A DNA stretch of 64,000 nucleotides from Amoebidium appalachense (taxonomy: Eukaryota; Protista; Ichthyosporea). Shown piece after piece: positions 27,372 through 64,000 of the stretch. The notes beneath the pieces are model-generated. The model did no database searches. It had not been told where the DNA came from and worked only from the letters and a program-made list of their open reading frames with translations. Location: NCBI GenBank assembly GCA_963693365.1, contig CAVNZM010000004.1, forward strand, positions 7,849,093-7,913,092, read 5' to 3'. The position numbers and the translations under genes are program-made. Positions within the stretch are counted from its first letter, which is position 1. Every line of letters begins with the position of its first letter.

Positions 27372-27581
27372 GGGGGGAAGTGAGATAATAAGCCTTTGCG
27401 CTGGTAACGGAGACAACAGCAAAACTTCCAGACAAAAGTCCCCAAGACGATCACCTACGAAATAGAGGAGGCAGACCGCGACCAAAAGGGAAAAAAACAA
27501 AGGGGGCGGGGGGAGGGGGGGGAGAGGGGGAGGTTGGGGAGGGAGGGGAGGGACCAAAAGGGGGAAAAACAGGAGGAGGGA

Positions 27582-27615
<34 letters not shown>

Positions 27616-28827
27616 GCGAGGGGGAAGAAGGGGAAAATAGAACCCGCTACACCATGGATGAACATACACAAAAAACACAAGGCAAAGTGTGCCCATCAAA
27701 CCCAAACCAACCCCCCCCCCACCCCCCCCCCATTCAAAAAAAAAGCACCCCCCCCTCCTCCCTCCCCCCCCCCCCCCCCCAAAAAAAAAAAAACCCCACG
27801 GAACACGAAGCCCCGCCACAAATAGGTTAAACATGACCAGCAGCAAAAAGGAAACCACACCTTGAGATAATCCACAACAGCCTTCTGCTGCATCGCAAGC
27901 TCCTCATCCTGAGGCTTAGCCTTGACCACATCCGACCAATGTTGTCCCGTCGGCACCGTGGTTTGCTTTTTCGCCGCCCCTTGAAGCTTAGCTGTGGCCC
28001 ACACCCAAACCCAACACTTGTCAACAACCATAGTAACGGGGTGGTGGTGGTGGTGGTGGTAGTGGGGGGGGGGGGGGGGAGGGGGGAAGGGCCGGAGGGG
28101 GGAGGGGTGTGCAAGGGAGGACATGAGGGAACACAACACGGCCCGTTTTTTTTTTTTTTTGTCTAAAAACATGCGTGGCTGATTGGGACTTCAACCAACA
28201 CAAAACCCAGCAGTATTTTTTCGTCGCCTATAACACTCGGCGTGTAAAAACAACACTCCCTCCCCTCTCCCCTCACCCACCATTCAATTTCTCTCCCCCT
28301 TCACCTTCCCTTTCCTCCACCAATTTAGCTCAACCCGCACCGTGGAACATGAGCCCAAACCAAAGCATAAGCCAAAATGCCAGGAACCGTACTAACCCCG
28401 TTTGATCTGCTGGTTTCCCTGAGTCTCGGCTGCTCTCTTGTTGTCCTGAGCGGCCAGACTTCTCATCTGCTGCTGCTGTGCCTGCCTGTTCCTGCTGATC
28501 TGCACCACACAAAACATATAAGAATGGCACCAGATAAAGAAAGCTCAACCCACACTAGTAAGTAGTTCATAACAGATGTAGTCTTTTCTCTTGTGTCTGA
28601 CAGCATCAAACAATCCAGGGAACCACTTCGCTCTACAGGCCATGGCCTCTACACACTCTTTGAACCTGCACTAAAAGATGCGAAAGAGCGAGCAACATGG
28701 CTCGAGTAACTGCTTGTAACATCAGTGACATCAGTACACTTACCTCAGCCTGGGCAGCCGATGCCTTCAGCATGCGGGCTCTTTGAGCCTCCCTCTCCTT
28801 TAGGAGTCTGGAATCGATGCCATCCAT
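21273..28827 (-). CDS. GTF2E2: General transcription factor IIE subunit beta
   Basis: Ten phase-compatible GT-AG exons: 28827-28744, 28499-28397, 27991-27861, 27183-27110, 25634-25571, 24542-24452, 23916-23876, 23310-23187, 22398-22336, 21412-21273. Protein MDGIDSRLLKEREAQR...AVVDYLK...LLKRNVQLTVQDDVFQYKPEYDCR...GGLLMSE...IDSDFKKEWEDV...KKVQNKH parallels TFIIE-beta (MDPSLLRERE, IVNYMK, YAFKPKYNVR, GGILLED, VDEEFQKLW, HNEHL). Confidence 0.88.
22981..23043 (-). pseudogene. Decayed duplicate of the 3' part of TFIIE-beta exon 8 with its donor site
   Basis: Near copy of 23187-23244 (VCFSHPSLLAPSYFVDIDS), with TAC changed to a TAA stop and its own G|GTACGT donor. Confidence 0.85.
24560..25225. repeat. 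Degenerate intronic tandem repeat (TGTGCATGCACCACACA + A-run)
   Basis: Roughly a dozen diverged copies next to the acceptor of TFIIE-beta exon 6. Confidence 0.85.
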
Positions 28828-29734
28828 GGTGAAAGGGATTTGCGCACACGCAAGAGAAATGCTACGTTGGCTTGATGCATGCACATGAACAGTTGTGGAG
28901 GGTGAAAAAACAAAAGCTCCCTTCTCCTGTAAGTTAACAAACCGAAAACTATGCGACCAAACAACCAAACTACAGCATCCCAAAGTAGCGTACGGTAGAT
29001 TTCAGTACCGCGCACTTGCCGCACTGATCGCAGGCTGCAGCTGAGGGGGAGAGGTGCCACCGCTAGGATTACGTAAGCGCACGGCAGAGCCTAAATGCAG
29101 GAAACAAGCTCTGAATTTCTGCGGCTAAAAATTTAAATAATTAAACTAATATACATTAAATTGTACAGGAGTTTGTGAATCCATTTAAACATATCTGGTG
29201 ATTAAGGTTGCGACTGAACTTTAAACTGAATAGGAAATACTTTGGACAATATTTTCAAAGATTAGCAATCTCAACTGTGATCGATCTCATTAAGGCTGCA
29301 ATCAAAGACTTTCGATTTCGGTGAGATTGCATAAGATTCGAAGTTCGCAAAATATCAAAAATGTGGTTTTTATGATGACCCCCGCTATGTGAGCCACTAC
29401 GGAATGCAGTCTCCGAGGCTCTCCATAAAATGCCAGCAGTTTTATGCACTGCATGCATGTGGTTGAAACGATCGGAGCATGTATTTGTTGACCGATGAAG
29501 GAAAAGTGAACTTTCATTCACTCAGATCTGATATAGAAAAGGACAATAAGTACAATATAGTTTCGTTTTACCACCGGTTTTGTGCACGTGATTGCAAACA
29601 TACAGCAACATGAATTGCCTTCTGATTAGATGACACCCAGAGACTGTATCAATCGGCAAATTACACCATCACCACCATTAACCACCTCTCACATTTTCAC
29701 ATTGCCACTGCCATCGTACAAACACGCACACACA

Positions 29735-29920
<186 letters not shown>

Positions 29921-29941
29921 GTGACATAACCGCAGGCAGCC

Positions 29942-35251
<5,310 letters not shown>

Positions 35252-36833
35252 CCGCCAAATCCGATTCAATCACATATAGCCACAGAGGACGGTGAACCAA
35301 TGACTATTCAGCGATAAAATCAACGACCAATCAACTTCAGATGAGTTTATTGAATTAAAGATCAGTCAGTAGCAACGAACGTCAATACTCCCTGTCGTTG
35401 TCAAATCGAGTGAGGCCGCCCTTAATTGCAGAATCTCAAAGAAGGCTGGTTGCAACACTGTTCAGCTCGTAAGAAGCTGCATCTGCCCTTTGCCCAGGAA
35501 AGGAGTGTAATCTGCTGTGTAAACGGGCAAGCAAGGCCAGCGACCCGGACATTGGGAGAATTCAGGAGGGTTCGCGGCGACACTTCACACATGGGATCAA
35601 GGTAATGAGTAATAATAAGGCTTGACTGACAAGCCTTTGTAGGACCTTACTAATTTAAACAGTTTCGGTAATGGTAGATGTGTAGGGTTGGATGGCTGTT
35701 CCCTCCCCACCACGATACAGTACATGATTGCACACACACCCGTTATCTAGATGTAACTCGGAAAGGGTTTTTGTTGTTTCGCATTCTGTAGTTACATCTA
35801 CAGCACTAAAATTAAAGCATACACAACATTGCACCTGCATGCATGGTTAATGTTGTTAAAGGTGTTCAGCGGAAACTTGCCTGTCTTGGCCTTAACAGTT
35901 TCCCAATTGTTAAATAGCAAATCTGTACTCTCTATTCCTGGGACATTTGGCATACTGTCGTTTAATCTTTGAAATTACACCGAATTTTTTATCAGGGGTT
36001 GGGGTGCACAAGCATGTCTTTCCACTTTAGTAACTGTCTGCAGCGCTTTAAAAAAACATTTAAATTTGTGCGTGTGCCTAGGCCTGCCTGCGTGTGAAGT
36101 CTAAGCACATAAAAATACGAATGACTAAAACGCATTGGTGATTGCAGCGATTCATTAATTTTTGTATGTAGGTGATTGGATTGCATTTGCATTCCGGGCG
36201 TCGGCCGGGAGCAGGGCCTCAGGCTGTTCATGTCTGCATTTGCTAGGGCCAAAAAAAAACGAAAAACTAAAAAACTGATGGAACGACATCATGCGCATGC
36301 ATGTGTACCAGCAAGAATTTGCCCCCCCCCCCCCCCCCCCCCCACAATGCAACACACGTACACACACACACGCACACACGTACACACACACACACACACT
36401 CTGCACACTGACACACACACACACACACACACACACAGTGTGATCGACACGTGCGCACCTGCAACCACAGTGACTTCATGAGTGTGTGCTCCGAAATTTG
36501 CGACTCAATGATTTTGCGCACAAGACCCCCCCCCCCCCCCCCCCCCCCCCCCTTCTCCGCCTCCCCCCACACACACTGTCACACACACACACATACATTC
36601 CGTGCCAGGCCTGGGCCTCACTCACAGTCACAGTAGCGTGACACTCGGGGCCCCTGACTGGATTAAAATATTCCCTCCACAGCGTGCCACCAGTCACCCC
36701 ACAAACGGACAAAAACACACACGCCAACTTGTCACGCATACACCTACATCACAGGCTGCCGGCCTGTACAGTTCTGTGCGCGCAGGCACACGATGTACAC
36801 GTGAATCATGTGGCTCACAGTGGTCTCATGTGC

Positions 36834-36903
36834 GCCAATCAAATCGCTCAAACATCCTGTTTTTGATTGGATGGATACGCATCATGACGTAGTGGTGACG
36901 TAA
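36834..36903. promoter_or_regulatory. Candidate promoter elements (CCAAT boxes, TGACGT motifs) upstream of the F-box gene
   Basis: GCCAATC, GATTGG, ATGACGTA and GTGACGT within 70 bp, about 350 bp upstream of the ATG at 37238. Confidence 0.4.
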
Positions 36904-37237
36904 CAGGGGTCGGCCACTGATTTCCGCCGCGCCCCCGCCAAAGTTCAAGCTCTTTATTACCTTGTCAAATCACGATGTGTAGGTAATACAGTAACTTAAC
37001 ATTACATCACACATCGAGTCACTTGGAAGTAGAATTTTTCTGTCCACCCTAACTTGTTTGCGTGTTACACATAGCATAGCATGATTAGGTGATACAACTT
37101 TTGCATTAGAATGCTCGCACTGGTTTCTCTTGACTCAGAGTCTTGAGCCTACCCGAGATCTACTCCCTCAGAAATCAGGTTGCAGCCTAAACATGTCATA
37201 AAAAACATCACAAAGCCATGAAAGTTCACGAAACAAA

Positions 37238-38416
37238 ATGGGTCTTATAAAAAAGCCACGTTTCCGCCTTTACAAGCCCGTTGTTGCCCTACCACCAGAG
37301 ATTTTACAACTCGTATTCTCTAACCTTACATCTTTCAGTGATATCTCCGCATGTTCCCTTGTATGTCGGGAATGGAACACTTGCGCACGGGCTTGCATGA
37401 TAAGGGCGCGTGTTTGCATTTCGCCGCCGAGAAACATTGTCACAACTATTCCTTATGTAAGAAATGTCAAGGCTTTCTTCGGGTGGGTACGAGGTAACCA
37501 TATGGCCCAACCGAGCGAAGTAGAGCAAGATTTCGAGAATGTGCTTCGTGTCTGGGGCCCCTGTTTGACCCATGTCCTTTTGGATGTGTCCGAATTTGTT
37601 GAGTTTTCTGTGAACACACACGAAATCATCGAAATATTGAAAAGTCACTGTAAATCGTTGGAGACATTGACCATCAAAGGTGCGGATCCAAGAGTTGAAC
37701 TATTTTGCGCGTGTACAGACATACCCCGGGTTGTGTATGATGGCGATGCCGTATGTGATGCAAGGGAGTCGACGGAAAATGATATTGGTGTGAGCACATA
37801 TACTCCATTTGATGTGTGCACACACAACTTACACGGTGTTAACATTCACGGGCACAACACACGGCTTCTCTCTTCTCTTTCCCAGTTTTCTTGGTGTTCC
37901 AAACTCACCGTTTTTGAGATCACCGATGCCCCTTTTCTTGAAAGGCTTTCTGGATTGGAGAACTGTCGGAATCTTACCAGTGTTCGTGTGGATGACTCGT
38001 TAATTCGTTCTGTGGATGCACTTTCCTCATGCCAAAAGTTGACCCATGTGCGGCTCCACGAGTGTCCATTGTTGGAGAGCATTGCCCCCCTTGGCGCCTG
38101 TACTGAGCTCCAAGTTCTCGATCTTTCCAGATGTGCAAAGATTTGGGACATAGGACCACTACGCACATGTCAGAAGTTAGTCTACGTGGACTTGAGTTTT
38201 ACTCTTGTTTTGGATACAAGCGCGCTGCTTTTGTGTCCGGGCCTTGAAGTGTGTCTCATGGAATCTACACCGGCAAAGTATGCACGCGATATGAGAGGGA
38301 GGAGGGGGAGGGAAGCCATGTGGGGGCGGCTGGTAGCGTGGACGGCTGCACCGACGGTTTTGTGGGTCGTGCTTGTGGTCGTGTGTGTGCTGGTCAGCTG
38401 GTCGAGGAATACGTAG
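37238..38416 (+). CDS. F-box/leucine-rich-repeat protein with a C-terminal hydrophobic helix (intronless)
   Basis: 392-aa ORF. F-box LPPEILQLVFSNL...ACSLVCREWN; LRRs LSGLENCRNLTSVRV, ALSSCQKLTHVRL, PLGACTELQVLDLSRC, PLRTCQKLVYVDLSFT; C-terminal VLWVVLVVVCVLVSW. Confidence 0.9.
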   Translation: MGLIKKPRFRLYKPVVALPPEILQLVFSNLTSFSDISACSLVCREWNTCARACMIRARVCISPPRNIVTTIPYVRNVKAFFGWVRGNHMAQPSEVEQDFENVLRVWGPCLTHVLLDVSEFVEFSVNTHEIIEILKSHCKSLETLTIKGADPRVELFCACTDIPRVVYDGDAVCDARESTENDIGVSTYTPFDVCTHNLHGVNIHGHNTRLLSSLSQFSWCSKLTVFEITDAPFLERLSGLENCRNLTSVRVDDSLIRSVDALSSCQKLTHVRLHECPLLESIAPLGACTELQVLDLSRCAKIWDIGPLRTCQKLVYVDLSFTLVLDTSALLLCPGLEVCLMESTPAKYARDMRGRRGREAMWGRLVAWTAAPTVLWVVLVVVCVLVSWSRNT

Positions 38417-39521
38417 GATATTCTTGGAATATAACTGTAATATTCTTTGTTTTCTTTTTTTTCCTTGTATTAAGGTAGGGACCAGGTATGTACATGTTTC
38501 TGTATGTATTCACAAAACCACGAGCCATATCTCTGGTGTATTCATCGTTTTTCTCCCACCTATTCATGCCCTTCTCTCTTTCAGTTTTTCAACCATATTC
38601 CTTTTTACATTTTCTGAACTCGATGGGGGTTTTTTGATTGTTTTTTTTAAAAAAGGGCCATAAAGGTTCAATATCAAGGCGCAGACCAAACCGCTATGCA
38701 GCAACCACTATGCACAGTAAGAAAAGGATTTCCTCTGGTTTGTGGTTTTTCCCCTTAAAAAATGTATGCTCTACCGCTTCCCTGTGGTATGGGGTCTTGA
38801 GTTTTGTTAAATATTTTTGCGTGAAAAAAGTTAACATAGAGATCGAACCTTCACACCCGGTAAAATCAAAAGATCATGGTTTCGTTCTGTCTTTTGGTCT
38901 ACTTTTCACTTTGTTAATTAGAAGCTTGCTCTAACTGAGTCGGCTGTTTTAAACGGCGAGACCGGATCCGGAGTAAAAAAGGAACATACCACACAACCAA
39001 AAAAGTTGGACAAGAGGATGTTTCGTTTTTGCAATGCACAGCCTTGTGTGTATGCAAGCCGTCCTAAGGTGTCGATGTTTGCATATGCTCCCAACCATGT
39101 CTAGCCCTCCTTCCCCTCCCGCTCCCACCCGCCCCTTCCCCCCACCCTTCAAAACACCACTGGCACCACCACCGTTTCGACAACATCCCGTTTCTCGAAA
39201 CAAACACACATAGCCGAGTGAGTAAAGGCGAACGGGTTGGGTGTGTGCTATCACCCGCGTTTACCACTCAGATCATTTCGATTCTGGACAACCGCACACA
39301 CCCTTTGATCGCCCAATCGTTCGAACCTGGACAAAATTTTGGGAGGCTCACAAGACTTCTCGCGCCAGCTGCAGGACTCACCAGGGAACTGTTGTGTGTT
39401 TTGTTCGCTCTAAAACCACTTCACCACTTCAATAATCGCGCATGTTGATATATAGCTACTTCACTTTGTCTTCGTTTTCTTGTTGAAATTCGTCTCAGTT
39501 TAAACACTCAGTTTAGGCATC

Positions 39522-44895
<5,374 letters not shown>

Positions 44896-44945
44896 TCGGA
44901 TATTGAAAGTGTGAGGATTTGGTCTCACGGCCGAGGATCCCCCAA

Positions 44946-44989
<44 letters not shown>

Positions 44990-45026
44990 CCGGTGACCCT
45001 ACGCTCTCCCTTCCACTTCCAAGAAA

Positions 45027-45058
<32 letters not shown>

Positions 45059-45229
45059 ACCTCAAGTATTTAGCATGGGATTAAGGAAGATGGTTTCGTC
45101 CAATGGCTTTCTCATCGGACCCAATGATTTGCTTGCTAAATATATACAGTATTTACGTGTATATGTTTCTCTATTCGTGTACAAAGTGCTCCGGTCGAAA
45201 GGTTTATATGCATGAGTAAAGGGGATGGC

Positions 45230-45267
<38 letters not shown>

Positions 45268-45808
45268 CGAAAGAAAAGAATGACATGTGAACGTACACAG
45301 GGTGACGTGTTTGGTTGGTTTTTTGCAGCCATCGATGGTGCGACGTGTTGGATCAGTGGACAGGTTTCAACTTTATACATCCTTCTGCCGGGAAAAAAAA
45401 AAGGACATTCACACTGGTGTATGAGGTTTGGTCACTCTCATAAAATACATACATGCTAACGTGCGTATATAAAACAAACAAAAAAGCCGTAATATATATG
45501 GACAAACACATTTATAAATAGTCATACATGATAACGAATATGTGACTTTTTTGTCCTCTTGACTTGTCTGAAATGTTCTTGCACGGCTGCCCTACGAGAA
45601 TGTTCAAACACAACTAATCAGTCGCTTGTGGACATACGTGCAATAAACCTGTTTCGAACTGTGTAAGTCAAATGCCGTCAAATAAATGGCCCGCAAACCC
45701 TTATTCTTACAGTCTGAAACTGGAGTAGGTATATCATCATACATGCAAACACCTACACGCGGACACGCACACACGCACACACGCACACACGCACACACAC
45801 ACACTCGT

Positions 45809-45892
<84 letters not shown>

Positions 45893-46103
45893 CACACACA
45901 CACACAGAGGGAGAGAGAGAGAGAGAAAGAGCAGACCATCACCTAACCTTTCTCACCTGCCCACTCATACGACATGACACCAGCAAACGTTTCTCAACTC
46001 ATACCAAACGAATGCTCATAACAGGCAAAGAAAGGAAATGCTATTGTAGATATTCTTTGAAATTTTGAGATTTTGGGGTAATTTGCACAGCCAGTAGAAG
46101 CCG

Positions 46104-63727
<17,624 letters not shown>

Positions 63728-63738
63728 CTAATTGGCGG

Positions 63739-63783
<45 letters not shown>

Positions 63784-63832
63784 CACACACACGCATGTAC
63801 GTGCGTGCGTGTATGTATGTCTGTGTGTGTGT

Positions 63833-63871
<39 letters not shown>

Positions 63872-64000
63872 TATGTGTGTGTGCAAGTGTGTGCATGGGA
63901 ATATTCACCCTTGTGTCAGTTTAAGGTAGACTATCAGTAAACCATTTGGTAAAGGAGTTTAGGACCTTTTGCCCCCTTTCACTGATAACATTCCCCGTTT

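Noticed and set aside
35430-35602. AG...GT-bounded open segment downstream of ZIP
   Set aside because: No recognisable homology and no partner exons.

Overview
Eukaryotic genomic DNA with short GT-AG exons and introns packed with poly-C/poly-G, (CA)n/(GT)n and local tandem duplications; the organism cannot be named from sequence alone. Almost all of the supplied ORF track is translated simple repeat. By manual splicing I reconstructed seven genes: a type I membrane protein with a bacterial-like carbohydrate-binding module and PSAP/PPxY tail (+, 5336-11940), a mannitol 2-dehydrogenase-family enzyme (+), TFIIE-beta (-), a ZIP/ZupT metal transporter (+), an intronless F-box/LRR protein (+), dephospho-CoA kinase (+) and a partial NRDE2 (-). 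Decayed non-LTR retrotransposon fragments are also present. The strongest novel signal is a family of CRE-like (restriction-like endonuclease) retroelement 3' ends. They carry a covarying multi-stem RNA structure, end in GTACTTCGT...CATTC(T/A)AA and usually run straight into poly-C, suggesting a poly-C/poly-G-targeted retrotransposon (at least 7 copies). A second recurring pattern is tandem duplication of exon ends and splice sites into adjacent introns.
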